Of a stretch of DNA of 64,000 nucleotides, positions 1 to 14,970 are shown one piece after another. The translations under genes were made by a program, and so were the position numbers. Within the stretch, counting starts at the first letter, position 1. Every line of letters begins with the position of its first letter. The DNA comes from Takakia lepidozioides (taxonomy: Eukaryota > Plantae > Bryophyta), in the NCBI GenBank assembly GCA_030704615.1, contig CM060734.1, forward strand, positions 37,634,001 to 37,698,000, read 5' to 3'. The notes under the pieces are model-generated. The model did not search any database and had not been told where the DNA came from. It saw only the letters and a program-made list of their open reading frames with translations.

Positions 1-3000
1 CTTGGTAGGGCAGCAGTGGTGGCTGTTTCTGTACCAGGTTTCAACGTTGGTTGTTAGCAAGAATACTGACTGATGAAAAAAATTCATGTTGCAGTGAGTG
101 AAACGGGCAAAACATAAAAGAAGCACAGCCTTTCTTTTTGAGCCACTCAATTGGAGGTGGCCTCTGGTTGACTATCACTTTCAAGAACGACTTGTCAATC
201 AACAAGCCAAGTCATGACTCAAGAGGTAGAAGGGACAATAGGGTCCTGAATCTCCATAAACAGGTTTCCTAGAACTCAATCGAGGAAATTGAGGTTTGTA
301 AGGTCAGAGAGGAAGGCATGTCAACAACGAGGGGAAGGAAGCTTACTCTAAATCTCTTGTGGGTCTTTGATGAACAAAAGAAATTTCAGGAACTTCAGGG
401 GCCTTCCGACACTGCGGATTAGACTGAAGTTCAAACTCAGAGTAGCTTACCCCTGACTGGTAATGACCCAGTTGGGGGGAAATAACAACATGTGGCTATC
501 TGTGGACATGATGGAAGAACAGTGTCCGTTACTGGTGCAATGAGTAGGAATTTTTCTGAGCTAGAGAGTACTGGTTGCAATCATCACAAGGATTGTTCTT
601 GCACCTCTGTATGATAAAAATCAATTATCTCCAGATAGAAAGAAAAGCCCTGACCCACCTTGATTTCAAATTTTAGGGGTAACTATCACATAGAGTTGAT
701 ACGATTATCCCGGTCTTCCTGTGTCAAACCTTATTTACATTGGTGATGTCCCACTACTGGACATTGCCCTCCAAGAAGACAGTGGCCCTCCTGCTGGTCA
801 TGCCCTGTCCAAACTGGGCATGGGTTTTTATGTCCTCAAGGCTACAGCAGGCTTATTACCGCGCAGTTGAAAAGTATACCTTTTCTGGTGCATTGACAGA
901 GCCACTTTCATTAACCTCATGTGTGATTCCCAACGCAACCCTGTCCTCCTGCAGTTGTGCATTTTCCTGTCCATTTTTCTTTTCAGAGCTTGTGGAGCTC
1001 TCCTCGTTATTGGTTCCGATTTCTGGAGCGGTCAACGATCCCAAGCCAGATGAATCCGAGCTACCCAAAGCCCAACTGGGCAGAAGGCAGCTTATGTCAG
1101 CTAGGCGCCAGGTCTTCGATGCAGGGTCGTAAGCCCAAAATTCACTCGAGCGTTGCACAAATCTGGAAGGGTAGAGGGGACCTCCCAGAGACAGATAGCT
1201 TCCCAAGACAAAGGGAGCAGAGAGAGACGAGAGAGCGAAGGCATGTTGGGCGACCACAAGTGCCAAAGCCACCCTTAAAAAGGTCAATCGTGTCATCTCA
1301 TTTTCTGATCCGGGGGTCCTGAAATATCTTCTTGGTATCTAAGATCTCTCCTGCAAGAGTCCAGTCGATTTGCAAAGTTACAGGGTAGATTAAGGTTCAC
1401 ATCCAAAAGTTGAGGGTGACTTGAATAGTTTTCAAACGAAACTCAACAATTGGAGCCCGGCAGTCAGGCCTTCATATATACTCTCGTGTTCTCTATACTT
1501 CAACCCTGCTCCTTGTCTGCCAAGTTAGAACAAGGATGAACGCTCCTCCTGAACCTAGGAGTTTATAACCAACCCCTTCCAGTAGAACTTCTTTCAGATT
1601 TCCTCACCCCATTGAAAGCCCCTGTTGGAACCTTGAACTCAATCCAATTACCATACTATGCTAGTGGGTCCTTGATTCAAATCATGTCGCACTCCTCTGG
1701 TAGGCCAAACGATTCCAAATTAATGTGTCCGCCAGCAAACTTCTCGTCTTCCTGGGTCCATAGAGGTCTCTTCCCTAGCGTTCAAACCCCAAGTTGAGAT
1801 ATCGGATTCACCCCTCTGGAGCATTCAGACATATTTGTGCCCTCCTGTTCTCAAACACAAGCATAAGCATAAGCATAAGAATATGTTTTGCAACTGCAAG
1901 TGCACATTTTTTACAGCATAGAACAGGTTGCAAGATGTTTCTACCACGATTTTACCAACGGAATTCATCTCCACACAGCAGCTCAGAGTCGAACCTCATA
2001 GTAGCCCTTTCAACAAAATAAATGGTTACATACGCAGTATTTCAGCTGACGGTATTGCACCGAACAGGAAAATCGCCAATGGGCCACGCACATCCCAAAT
2101 GCGGGAGAGTGACAAAGACAGAGACAGAAATTCATTACGCCATTTGGAGGCCCAGATGCCCCATGGGACACGGACGAGAAGGGGGCCCAGGGGGCATGGA
2201 ATCCAATTGATACACCATTCTGCCTTGCTCTATCCAATCTAGTCCTACAGATGCCCAACCTCTGTTACTGCGCGAGTACCAAAAGTAGGCCGTATTCAGT
2301 ATCAGATTCATGCTTTGCTTCCCAACCATTCCAAACTGTTCTGTGAAAAGTATCTCGTCCTAGTGCTTGGAATTTCGTCTTTCTATCCGTTTCAAACAAT
2401 GAGATATTTAGTAACACCCAGCTTGAGGAAGTAAATGAGTTTGAAATTCTCTCTCTCTCCCTAGCGTTGCCTAAATGGTCCCCACAATCTTGCCCGCCAG
2501 TTGAAGAGAACGTGCAGATACAGCTTGCACCCTTTTCCATATCAAGGACGTGGCCCGGTTAGCTGAGCTATTTGCAAAAAAAAACCATTTGCTTCAACAA
2601 TTTCTTTGCCATTGTAAGAGGGGAAGATTGCGGAGAATTTGTTGCGGGAAACGGGTAAGAGGGCAGATCTGCAGCTAGAATGCCACTGAGCATGAGCTGA
2701 GAATCCGATTGGTGTGAAAAGGCACGAGACATGACATAAAACTAGATCGACTGCTGGAGAGAAGTGGAAGGGGGGTCGGGGTGGGAGCGAGAGAGCTTAC
2801 AGCTAGCGACAAACGAACACACACCGAGAACTTGACGAGGTAGAATCTCGAGCCCTGGAGCACCCAACTAAGAATCGACCAGTGTATGGTAAGTGAAAGA
2901 GACGCAGAGAGATGGACGGGGAGACCGATCCAAGAGAGTGTATGGCATTGACATCATCGAAACGGAGAGACAATCTGCTCAGGAAGAGCAGATCTAACCC

Positions 3001-3796
3001 AAAAATAGCATCTTCAAAACTCTGACGTTGTAAGGACAGACAAAAGAGATACTTACACTGCAAATTAAACAGATTCCTTTCTAACCCAGAAAGAGATGCA
3101 AAAGCTGGAAGAGAACGGCCCGGGGTCCGGGAGAGAGAGGAAGTCCCATCTCAGGGGGGGAAATAAGTAAAAAAGGCGTACTTTGTGGGCGCTGCTCCTT
3201 GCCAGTTGACATTGGGGACCCAATTCAGCTCTGGTCCACAATCTGAACCAAAGCAAATAAGACAAGTGTGATTCCTTCGTTGGTGGAGGCTCCTGTCCAA
3301 GAGAATCTTATGTCAGCACCCGTCAAAAATACCCACTTTTTTTTTCCTCCCAATTCCACCTCCGAATCATCATCTTTATTATTCCTTTTGGCTGGTGGGG
3401 AGTGACCCTTTTTCCAGAGGAAATGGAAGGAACTCCAGTGCGCTCACTGCCAACAAGCCTCCATGGCACACTGCTTACTGGGATCATGTTTCTAATGATT
3501 ACCTGCCAAGTCTCTTCTCTTGGGATTGAAGCTGCATCAACATACTTAGTAGCAATGAATGCCGGTAACACCCAGTCTGGGAGTCTTGTTTGTGTATGTA
3601 GTTGAGATGGACTCACGAGGCAAACTCTCGACTTTTTCCCCTCAGATTCATGGATCAATAAGCTGACTTTTGGATCACCCACATGATCATTGCACAACAG
3701 TTATCATTTTCAACCCTCTCCCACAAGAAGTCATAGGAAAACTAATGTGGGTTTTAGACCGTTTCAGTTCTCTGACCTTTTCAACTAGGTATATAC

Positions 3797-4695
3797 CAGT
3801 GTTGGGCGGTTCTTGCATTTGTGAAGGAACCTTCGGTTCCGGTTCCAAAATTATTTCAAGAGACGGTTCCGGATCCGGTTCCGGTTTTTTTTTATTGAGC
3901 CGGTTCCGGTCCGGTTCCGGATCCAACTTTTAAACATGGGGGCGGTTCCGGTTACCGGTTAGTTGCTGATAAAAACCATCGGTTCCGGTTAGGTTCCGGT
4001 TCTATTTTAAAAATATATTTGTTTAATTTAATTAGATTTAAAATATTTTATCAGTCCGGTAGATTAAATAGCAGTGTATTCACATATTTGAACCAAAATC
4101 CAACGATTTTGTTAGTTTTCACTAACACAAAAAAACAAACAAAAATACTCTAAATAAACTGGTAGAAGAAAATGGGTAAAATTTTATGGGTTGAAAGTAC
4201 TATTCAGCTACCTGGCAAGTATTGGCATCTTCAAACATTTTATTAATGAACTTAGCCAGGATATCATGGAGCTGGAGATTGAACCCCAGATCTCATGGCG
4301 CTGAAGCATTGAACATAGAATCTCATGGCCTTCAAGCATTGAACCCAGGATCTCAGGAGCTTAAGAGCATTAAATAAGTTTTTCCCTGGGCCCACCAGCC
4401 CCACCAGCCCCACCAAGGGGTCAAGAACCAAGAACCGGACTTAGAAGCGCTTTGGTAGGTACTAGAGACATTTAGGGCTACAGCCCACGGGTGGACCGGA
4501 ACCGGAACCGGAACCGCTTTGGAGCTGGAACCGCCGATTCCCACACATGTGGTCGTAGCTGGAACCGCTGGTTCCGGTTCCACACAATCCCCAATGAGCG
4601 GTTCCGGTTCTGCACAGGCGGGTCCGATTCCGGTCCGGTTCCACATAACCGGAACCGGCGGTTACCGGGCCCAGGCGGGTAACCGCCCAACACTG
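3797..4695. mobile_element. Non-autonomous hAT-type DNA transposon (MITE-like)
   Basis: TIRs CAGTGTTGGGCGGTT / AACCGCCCAACACTG; perfect 8-bp TSD GTATATAC (3789-3796, 4696-4703); many subterminal GGTTCC/GGAACC repeats. Confidence 0.9.
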
Positions 4696-5340
4696 GTATA
4701 TACTTTCTTTTTCTTCCAGTAAAGGAAATGGAGCCCTGGTCAATATAATATATGAAGCAAGGCGTTTGATTAGTTTAGTTTAGTTTTGTAGCATAGTCAA
4801 ATCACGGGCCAGCTACATAGGAAATTGCACTTGGGCTTAGATGACACTTGACACTTGGGCCAACGGCACATGCTACCTTCTTCTTCTTTTTTATTTTCTA
4901 TTTTTTTCGCTACCCTAGTACTCAACTAATATATCCCAACTCTGCAAAATTTCTTTTTATTTAAGGGGACAGAAGCCCTTTTAATCAAATTAAATGGAAT
5001 AAAGGTTCACACAAGGTGGAAAAAAGCCCTTTATTTTAGGCTTAGTACCATGAGGGGACAAAGGCGCCATTGAGAAACATTTCTTTTATTAACAAAACAT
5101 TGACCCGCTAGGATGTAAGACAAGTACGTCATTTGCATCCCGTCCCTTGACGCAATCCTTTGTCCTATTTTAACTATGGTCATTTACAGTACTAATAAAT
5201 ATCATCGGATTCACCCAAGTCTCATGTTGAACCAAATAGTACCCTAACTTGTAAGTTCTACAAACGTATGGAAGTTTTCTTATTCCACAAAGCTTTTCCG
5301 ACCTACCTTGAAAGCCTTGAGGATTGTGGGTACGAATTTA

Positions 5341-5744
5341 GGGCCTTACGCACACGGCACTGAGCTGGAGTGACATGGAAGTCCCTGGCTAGGCACCTCT
5401 ATGTTATGGAGAGTAGGCCCGTGTCAGCAAAAACAAACCAACGCTACCACATGAGCGGCAGTTGGGCACGGGAACAGATCGTTGAGCAGCATAAATGAAT
5501 GACTCAGATGAGGGCCACGGCGAGAAGGAGCAGATCGTGACAAAGAAGTTCCCTAAGATTTCGGATTTCTAGGCAATAGTCCTTGGAAATCCTACTTTCG
5601 CATAGAGGCTCCACATAAGCACCACATCACATTGCGTTCCGGTGCCGTTCCTCCCGTTTGGTAGGTGAGGGTGTCACCATCAACCAATGAGCAGGCCTTC
5701 AGCAGGTTGCGGGGACTTCCACTGCCGCTCGTGTGGTAAGGGCC
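5341..5744. mobile_element. PIF/Harbinger (Tourist-like) MITE
   Basis: Imperfect TIRs GGGCCTTACGCACACG / CGTGTGGTAAGGGCC, flanked by TTA on both sides. Confidence 0.65.
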
Positions 5745-7579
5745 TTAGATTCGAGCAACATCGATTGACTGGAATGTATTACAAAATTCCAGCCTACTGA
5801 AAGCGGGAGTCTTTTCGGCAAGTGGGTTAGTTATGTGAGACATACTAGGGCCCTAACCAATGTATTGCATCATTGGCGCCAACAATGATATTCACCAGCC
5901 CTCATCAATCAATTGTCACTACTTAGGGGTCATGTGAGTAGGGTGAGCTTGCATTGCCTCACAACAGATGCAACGACAATAGAATTAAAGGCTTGACACT
6001 ACCTAGGTAGAGTTGGCTTCCAACAAAGTTAACACAAGACAGACCTTCGGTATGGTTGATTGCAATGGATTAAGAAAGTTTAGAAAGATGTAGAAGTGAG
6101 AGAGAGAGAGAGTCAACACTCAACGCCCAGGACACATTTTCTTCTCTGGTCAAACCAATCCATTTCAATGATATCATATCCAGGCAGTTGGGGTGGAGCA
6201 TCCGGGCGCTGATGATTGCATTCCAATGCTTTCGTCAATCTTTGTCATCGCCCACAATGTGCTGTTTGTGACACCACAGCAACCTGGGTTGTTGTCTGCT
6301 TGTGACTCATAACCGAAGAGCACAATGCTTTTGGCGAAAATGATAAAGGAATACAAGAAAGGCGGGTGAGCCACCATTTCTAGCTCACAAGTCAACATTG
6401 CACACCATCTACCGTCCAATTACTCTTAGAATTGCGGGCTGCGTCTAACAGAAACAGATCCTGCAAAGCTTTACAAAAGACCGCAATGAGGTGAGACAAG
6501 AGTCTAACAGAAACCCATGAGACAAAACCCGGGCTCAGAAAGCTACTTAACTGTTTTTCTAATGTCGAGATACATAGTACCATCCGACAACGAACGTACA
6601 TATCGTATCTCAAGATGATGATATCAATGTTGATAACAACTTTTAGGACTGTGTTTGTACTACTTCATTTCGTGGTACAGAGCTCATTTTCTTCCACAGA
6701 GGAAGATTTCAGGAAATAAACAAAGAACGCTATGTCGATGATCGAAACCATTGCGGTTGATTGAGATGATGGAGACAACCTCAGCACCATCGATGCTCAG
6801 CTACACATGTGTTTTGCAAATCAAGTAATGTGCAACGCAATCAGTCAGTTGTGAAAGTCCCAAGTTCACAGCAACAAAGGTGTGATGGGTTCGAAGCTTC
6901 CATAGATTTTTCCTGGGTGACAGTCTTTGTGCTGAATCAAGATGAGTCTATCCGCAATCTGATTGTGTTTATGGCAACAAGGAATCCATGTGTGGACTGT
7001 CGGCAATTTTTTCATAAGACTCTTGTAGTAGGTAGCTTCTGGAGGCATCTGTGTTATACAAAAATGGGAGCACAGCGGTGCCATGGCCAAGATCACCTTG
7101 CCATATCAGGTGGTTGGGACGTTGGGACCCACTCCAAGATACTTAGTAGAGTGGGGATTGGGTCCACAAACCCATCGCTCGGTCCAGCCTCCGATACCAG
7201 ATGGTGCAGGCACATTAGCCTTTTTCCACCTGAAGCATGCCGCACTAAAAACGTGGGTTGCAGGCACGATTTTAGTTGTATCTTACATGCAGACACTCCG
7301 TCTTTCTCTCTCTCGCAACAAAAGTGCTGGAAATAGATAAACAGGTGTCAGATCTCAGAGTAGAGAAAGATATACTTATTATTAGGCGAGGCTCTTCCTC
7401 GAGATACCCAAACACATAACTTACGACTCTTTCCATACTTCTTCTGTAGAAGGAGCTTCTCATCAACCCAATTCTTGGGTAAACCTAAATCCCTAAACCC
7501 CTTTGAGATCCCGTGATCTGTCTGTGCGAGCATTGCAGACTCGAGAGTGAGAGTCAGGAAAGTGGGTGGAGGAAAGCGA

Positions 7580-10500
7580 ATGCGTAAAAGCATGGAAAGT
7601 GGTTCCGAGCAGTCGCAGCATTTTCTCCGTGATCATTCGCCTCATGATCATGATCATGACCACCATCCCCATCATCACCCCCACATTAATGACGATCGTG
7701 GCCATACTCACGACCATATTCTCTCCGTGTAAGCTAATTCTCTCTCTCTGAAGTCTTCCACTATGAGGAATGCTTGGCAGCTTACCTGCACGAGGCCTTC
7801 ACCCTTAGACATTCACTCGAACAATAGTTCTTATTCTTGGCTTTGGTTTTGTTTCCTCTCTCATGTTTTCTTCCATTTTGTCCCATAAGCTCTATGAGCT
7901 TTCCGCGGACGTTATAAAGCACCATTTCATTTCATTCCATTTCTCTCTCTCTCTCTCTCTCTCCCCCCGCATATACAAAAAGTGATTCAATCAGCCTTGG
8001 AGTACGCATCTGCTGTGTGGGTCGACAATTCCAACCATGCTAAATCTCTAGAATCCATTCAGGTCGTGGTGCTCAAAGAAAGCACGTCGGCTTGTTCTAG
8101 AACAGCTAATGTGTCTGTTTGGGGCCAGCTCTCGACCATTCAAGGTCAGATGGTGGGGTCAGTTGAATCACATGCCGAATACCAGATACCCTAAGATAAT
8201 CGACACTATTTCTGTAAGCAAGACCGTCCTGTTAAACAGGCTACGTCTTGGCGGAAAAGGTAGAGGAGATTTTCAAGTATCTGAATATTAGTCCAGAAAA
8301 ATTGACCCTACTACATGAAGCTGACCTGGAGGGGGTTGTGTCCAAAGCCATGTCTGATGCCCAAAGACTGTCTGATGAAAGTGAAGTTATGCATAAAACT
8401 TCCCTGAGCTTGTTTCCAGTCTGTAACATGGCAAGGACCTTAAGGATGATCTGAAGGGCCACCTACCCTCTGCACTAGACTGAAATTTAAACTCGGCGGG
8501 AAGCCTACCTCTGAACAATAAACATATGCAGAGAGGAAGAGGAGATAGTAATTGCCCAATGTGAGGGCAGCCTGAAGACTATCCATTTTCTGATACTTGG
8601 TCCGGGATGCTCTCAACAGAGAGTGACCCTCTTCAGGACGATCAAGAACATTGTCCCTGCACCTCTGTTCACCAACTTTCAAAATTTTGAGGCTGAGCCT
8701 AAAACCCTGGCTCTCTTGGGGTCTAATTGCTGCGCAGCTGACATACTGCAAGTTCATGCTTGTGTGAAGGGCTTTCTAGAGAATATCTGGAAAACCTGAA
8801 CTAATTGTTTCTATCAAGGTAAGTCACACTACCGGATCCCCCACAAAGGTAGTTTCTGCTCCCTTTTGTTCCGCCCAAACTGGGTGCGGCGTCTATGGCC
8901 ACAAGGCTATGGGAAACAATGCCTTGGCACATCAATCTATAAGTGGTGGAATCCGTTTTACTCCGTTATGGATGGTAGGCAATGCAATTTAGCACTTGGT
9001 CATTCCTCATAATGTACTCATAAGACATTGTTTGGCATAGCCAGTCACTCAAAGAGAGAAAAAGACACCCCCAGATTGAAAGGGTCCTTTTCCCAGTTGT
9101 TTTTGGGTCAAACATTTACGAGTTAGTCTTAACAAGACGGGGTAAACCAAAGTCTTGTTTTTCTTACAAGTTTGAATCATGGATCACAGAGGAACAGCAG
9201 ATCCATCAGCTTGGCAGGGTCCGGATGGGAATATATACCACACACACGATGGCTTGGCACCTCATACCCATGAGCCCTTGGAGTCTCCAGGTTTCTTCAG
9301 TAGACGGGCCCCACCTTTGCTGGGACGCGATTTTCAAGAACGGGCATTTACTGTGGGCATTGGTGGCCCTGTTGGAACTGGGTCTGTATCCATGGCTTGT
9401 AATTTTTTTTCCTCTTTCCATTTATCTCTGTGTATCTATCATTTGCACTTATCTCTGTTCTTGTAAATGGCCCTCTCAACATCAGCACAGCACAATGAAT
9501 ATATTTGTTGCCTCCGAGTCCTCATGGTATCCCCTCCTGTTTTCTTTCCCCCACCACTGGAGGTTGCTACCTGCATTTTATGCTCACAACTGGTCCAACA
9601 GCACTCGCAATAATTGTTAGGGGAATTTTGTTTGCAGATCCACCCTGTTGTCAAGTTCTTTTTCTAACTTTTTGAATGCAGCAAAACTGCGCTCATGTTG
9701 GCTCTATGTGAGGCATTGCGAGACAAATACAGCATTGCTGCTGTACGTGCCTCTGTCCCCTCCTCATTTTGTATATCTTCTCAGAGGCAATGAGCTATTC
9801 CAAATACTTCTTGTCTTCAGAAATGGTGGCCTTTGACAATGTTGAGAGCAATCTCTGTCTCTGAGAAGACACTTGTATCTCCTCTGATCTCGTAGTGTAC
9901 TGAGCAGGGAAAAAATAAACTGGTGAGCTCTTGTAGATTCCAATGTATTTTTCCCCATCTACCTGTGTTTATCCAGAGACAGAGACAGATGTTTGAAGCT
10001 TGGATTGCCAAATAAATATTCCCTGGCTGCTTTGTTCAACCCCTTTTCATGCATGTGAACTTACTGCAAATTTACTCCTGGTACGTCCGCAGGTTACAAA
10101 CGATATTTTCACTGAAGAGGATGGTGAGTTTCTAGTGAAGCATGGGGCACTAGCCCCTGAAAGAATCCGCGCTGTCCAGACAGGGGGTTGCCCACATGCA
10201 GCTATCAGAGAAGACATCAGCATCAATTTGGGACCTCTGGAGGAGCTCTCACAATCCTTTCAAGCTGACATACTTCTCTGTGAATCAGGAGGAGGTACGA
10301 CCAGCTTCTTTGGATTGTAATCTTTCAGCCACAAGTTTTTATCTGAGAGTGGTTCTGCAGCTTAGCTGGAGATCCACCTTGTCATCACCTCGAGCAGGAA
10401 TATTATTTGAGGAACTGTCTTGGTGGTAAACTGGTCCTAATATTGCTGTTACATTTGAAATGGAGAAACAAATTTGGCAAGGGTGCACATCTTTGTACAA

Positions 10501-12363
10501 ACCATTATGGTCCTTTGAATCTTACTGTTGACTGTTAGGGGATGAGGGATGGAGGGGGTGTTGACTATGCAGACAACTTGGCAGCAAATTTCAGCAGGGA
10601 GCTTGCAGATTATATTATTTACATCATCGATGTGTCGGGGGGGGATAAGATCCCTCGGAAAGGTGGACCAGGCATCACTCAAGCAGATCTCCTTGTAAGT
10701 CAGAAGGGTTAGGGAAGAGGGCATTTTCACCTATCTGCAGACCAACAAAACAGACAGCTTGATATTTTATCTGCACTCCATGTACTCTGCTCATTGCAGC
10801 CTTGTCACAATTGACCCTTAGTCCAGTACGGACAGAGCAGGAGGTGGGTGAAAAGGGGTAAAGGGAGCAGTGTGAAATGGGGAGCTATTATCACTCACAG
10901 AAGGATATTCGGTATTGGAACCTACGAGTCTAAAGCAAACTCACTCCAGATATCCTCCAGCAAGCTCCCTACCATCGCATGACTGCATGGTTAATAATAT
11001 GAACACGCAGTTTTATATGGGTGGAAGCATTAGGCACTTCAGTATGCATTGAACTTATGATGAAAGTTGGTGGTTTCTGAAAGCGCAGGTTATAAACAAG
11101 ACGGATCTGGCAGAGGCTGTGGGTGCTGACTTGAAGGTTATGCAGCGTGATTCACTTCGTATGCGCGACGGTGGCCCTTTCATATTTTCCCAGGTACATC
11201 GCTGTTATCACCTTACCACAAATCTTCCTCAGTCTGTTCAAAGTGTGGACCAAAGGATGGCTGATCCTCACTCCATGAGCACTTAATGCACATTCAACAA
11301 GCCAGCTCACTCAAAAGTGGTTCCCATAAAGCCTGTGATCCTCCTTTTTGGTGTCAGGAGACTGCCATCCTTACAGGGTATGTGACATACTCCCTTATCC
11401 ACTGTTTAGGCGATAATTAATTCAAATTGAAAGTGCCTAACGCTTTTTGGGAATTTTTCAAATTTTGGCCTAATTGCACGGAAATTATGGGACCAAAGTG
11501 CCTAATGCCTAGAAATTCCAGCAAAAAACTTTCAAGCCTCTTCTCATGTTTGTTTGTAATAAGATGAAAATTTCATTGAACAAAAATCAATATATGCGTG
11601 CAGAAATAACTTCCTACAAATCCCAATCTATTTGCGAGAGCTCCATGTAACTTCTAAAGGCCCCTGCATGGACTCGACAATGTCATCATATTCAACAAAG
11701 AGGTGCATTTTTAGGGTTTGCACAGAAATGAAAGGTAGCTGGAGCCTGCAAGCTTGGAGGAGATTTGAGCTGGGCCTGTTGGCATGGGACAAGGGGCCAA
11801 TGGGCATTGGGTTTCTATTTTGTATTTTTATTCTTAATAAAATAAATGTTTTCTCTTCTCATGCCTAATTCAAAAAACTTATAGCATAAAGATGCCTAAT
11901 GTGAGAAATGGTTTGAGAAACGTGCCTAAGCAGTCTGTTTGGTTTTTAATAATTATTAGGCGCAAAAATGCCTAAACCTTTGATAAGGCACGGTAATCCC
12001 TCCCTTAGAGTTAAATGGAGGGTTTGTGCCTGCCAGCCTACAGGGCATGTCTCTCTCACGCTCTGGTGACCATGGACAACCCAGTTGCCACTTTTTCCTT
12101 CTGTCCTGAATTTAAATTGTTGTAGAGTAAGAGCTAGTAGTTGACAAGAGTAACACCTCTATGCGTTTTGTGTTTGTATCATTTCTTCTAAACTGTCGAC
12201 ATTCATTCTTTGATTTCTTTGATTAGCCTTTGTCTCCCGCTTAACTTTGAATGGGTATATACTGGTATTGATCGCACAGGTGAAGCATGGCGTAGGAGTA
12301 TCGGGTATTGTGAACCATGTGTTGAAGGCTTTTGATATGGCGACCAAGTCAAGACGACATTGA
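7580..12363 (+). CDS. ureG: Urease accessory GTPase UreG, 7 exons: 7580(or 7592)-7728, 9190-9381, 9682-9742, 10093-10294, 10573-10694, 11089-11193, 12280-12363
   Basis: His-rich N-terminus; [11 protein letters not shown]; P-loop GGPVGTGKT; VTNDIFT; GCPH metal motif; ESGGDNL; VINKTDLA; GT-AG junctions keep the frame. Confidence 0.96.
7983..8770 (+). mobile_element. Degenerate non-LTR (LINE) retrotransposon ORF2 3' fragment in ureG intron 1
   Basis: [10 protein letters not shown]...LESIQ...[18 protein letters not shown] resembles the region C-terminal to LINE RT; frameshifted; follows a (CT)n tract. Confidence 0.55.
11389..11995. mobile_element. Possible Tc1/mariner (Stowaway-like) MITE in ureG intron 6
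   Basis: Imperfect inverted ends CCTTATCCACTGTTTAGGC / GCCTAAACCTTTGATAAGG near TA; internal TGCCTAA repeats. Confidence 0.4.
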
Positions 12364-13929
12364 GTTACTCGTGCAGCCTGAGTGTTGAAGAAAATTGAGA
12401 TTGGCCCCAAGAACTTTCTCTTGGCAAACAACGTCTTATGAGCACATTCTCTTAGACCTGAAGGACATAGGGATGGTGGATATTGCAAACTTGATTTTCC
12501 TAGTTGTGTTGCATGTGTCTGCGAGAGCAGCAACAATGTGTCCCTTTTCCCACAAGAGGTGTGGAGCAGTGTTGGGGGGGCATTAAGAATTTGGCATACC
12601 TGCGGCATCTGGGCATCTGGGTTTTACTTCTTCCGATACCTGCCACTGTGTTCAGGCATATAGCAGCTTTTTGAAAACTGCCTGTCTCAGGTTAAAAATC
12701 TGCAGTTATTGATCAGGGTATCAGTATCACTTTCATTTACTGCTGCAGAGTTGGACAAAATGGGTCCAGAAGTTTGCTTAAAATCAAGGTTGAATAACCC
12801 TGTATAGCAGTATGAGCAAAATGAAAGGTGCTTATGGATTTTAGTAGGATTTGTTATTTTCCACTCTAGGGTTTAGGATTTGGTATTAAAGTTCAGTTCT
12901 TTCTGGCGAAAAATTGCCAGATTTCGACCTGGAAACACGGTCAGCTACTTGTACAAAGGAATTATAGGGGGGTAAAATCTGAGATTTCGGCCAAAAAGCA
13001 CCAGGAGATAAATTTCAGGAGCCTAATCTTGCCGACGTGGACGAATGACTATGTGACACCTGGAATATAGCCTCTTCTCTAACTTTGTCACCTCGATATT
13101 CTCGCCACATGGGCACTGGGTGAAATTCACAGGTGGCCCCGCCAGCGATTTTGGAAATATGAAAAAAAAAAAAAAAAAACACTGTAGTAAACTACTACGA
13201 GTTAGAGCTCTACTCCATGCACAGTTGTAATGGCCCAAACAGCCGTTAGATCTTTCATCAAAGGTAGGTGCTTGAGAGCTTGCCACAGTTGGATATGAAC
13301 CCTAGAGGTATGTGCCTCCAAAGGCATAATTCTTCTATTCAAATGTTGTTTCTTTTTTTTTTCTTTAAAAACAAAATTAAGAACGGGTGAAGGCAGAGGT
13401 TGTTTCGAGTAAGACATCAGTGTTAATGTCAAAAACCATATGTCTGTGTGTGAGAGAGACTGTCTTTGAAAAATTAGGGTTAAGGAATCTTCCTCCATCA
13501 GGTGCACCTACAAAATCAGACCCATCCGTTTATATATATATTTCATATCTTCATGCCAGGGAGACTCATAACAAGGAGACAACCTCCCCTTAGACAAGCA
13601 TTATTTTCTTTTTTCTTTTTTCTTTTAATTTAGAGAAGAGGGACGGAGGCCTCGAATCTTTATAGATAAGCACAAGAAGTCCGAGAAATACAAGAGGAAA
13701 AAATAACCTCATGTAAAGTGCCATGGTGGCTGATCTAGGAAGGCAACGCTTCGTGACCACGGTAAGCAAGAAAACAAAAGGGAACAGCAAGGCTAGAGGG
13801 GGAGAGAAGGATCATCTAGAAGGTAGAAAAAGAAACTGAGCTAGTGGCAACCAGCAGATCTAAGCTAAGCCTTGAGGAGCCACAGGCCTGTTCGAAAGAC
13901 CACAGAAGAAAGTGGCACTACATTAACAC

Positions 13930-14970
13930 CAATGTTGGGTGGTATATTGATTTCAATATACCCTTAGGGTATAAGTTATTTTTGTCAAATCATTTACCCT
14001 CCGGGTATGGATAAATTGAAATCTCAAAAATTTATTACCCTACGAATATGGGTAAATTTAACTTTTCAGATTCTATATAACCCCGGGTAAGGATATATAT
14101 GCCAAAATATACCCTGAGGGTATGGATATTTTCCGGGTATGGATAATTATTTAAATCAATATACACTTTAATGGTTCTTAAAATTGTGATGTTTTCCACA
14201 ACACAACAAAAGAAACAATCTATGGTAAAAGAGAAAATTGATGAGGTACTGCATAATATTTTGGCTATAATTCCCAATGCAAGCGGAAGGAGGCTTGAGA
14301 TTCAAAAAATATATGCAGGATGGTTTTCTTTGGGTTATATGGCATTTTAGGGTTGATAGATATGTAACATTTTTTTCAGCTGTGATTGGAGCTTTCTTAC
14401 AGCGGTAGACTCCTTAACAACACAACAAAAAGAGAGAAGACATAGCACATAAAGGTCATAGGGCACTAGTCTTATGTCCCAAAAAAATCCCTCCCTTATT
14501 CTACGAAGAAAAAAAACTACTAGATTTTGCTAGATGGGTGAGATTCCCTTAAAAGTACTTCCCCGCTAAATGTCACCTCGAATGCTACCGCGATCGAATG
14601 CTACCTACATTGTTATGGTAGCCATCGAATGCTACCGTCATTGCTACACTACCGCTGTCAAATGCTACCGTCGTTGCTATGCTACCACCGTCGAATGCTA
14701 CCTTCATTGCTATGCTACCGTTGCTATGCTAACCCTGTGGCTATGTTACCTTATATACCCTGATTAGATATACCCTTCAGAAGAGTAGGGTATATTGGAC
14801 TGCTTGATGCAGAGTAAATATAAGGATAAGGGTATATCATAAAAATATACCCTGATATAAGTGTGTACATCCGCGTACCTAAACTTGCCACACTAGGGTA
14901 TACATATATCAATATACCCTGATATACCCGCCGGGTATATCAGGGTAATCAATGTACCCACCCAACACTG
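13930..14970. mobile_element. Non-autonomous hAT-type DNA transposon
   Basis: TIRs CAATGTTGGGTGG / CCACCCAACACTG; 8-bp TSD ATTAACAC/GTTAACAC; subterminal GGGTAT/ATACCC repeats; internal ATGCTACC minisatellite at ~14580-14740. Confidence 0.85.

Noticed and set aside
1-3300. Possible gene end or LINE ORF1 remnants
   Set aside because: Coding-like composition, but no motif I can identify and many stops
3670-4743. GSGSG/EPEPE/RNRNR-rich ORFs
   Set aside because: Translations of hAT subterminal GGTTCC repeats
6174-7340. Overlapping ORFs upstream of ureG
   Set aside because: No recognisable domain; probably degraded TE sequence
7580-7728. His-rich peptide as a novel metal-binding microprotein
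   Set aside because: It is exon 1 of ureG; a His-rich N-terminus is normal for plant UreG
12894-13183. Possible hAT MITE (CAGTT...CACTG)
   Set aside because: Weak TIR and no TSD found
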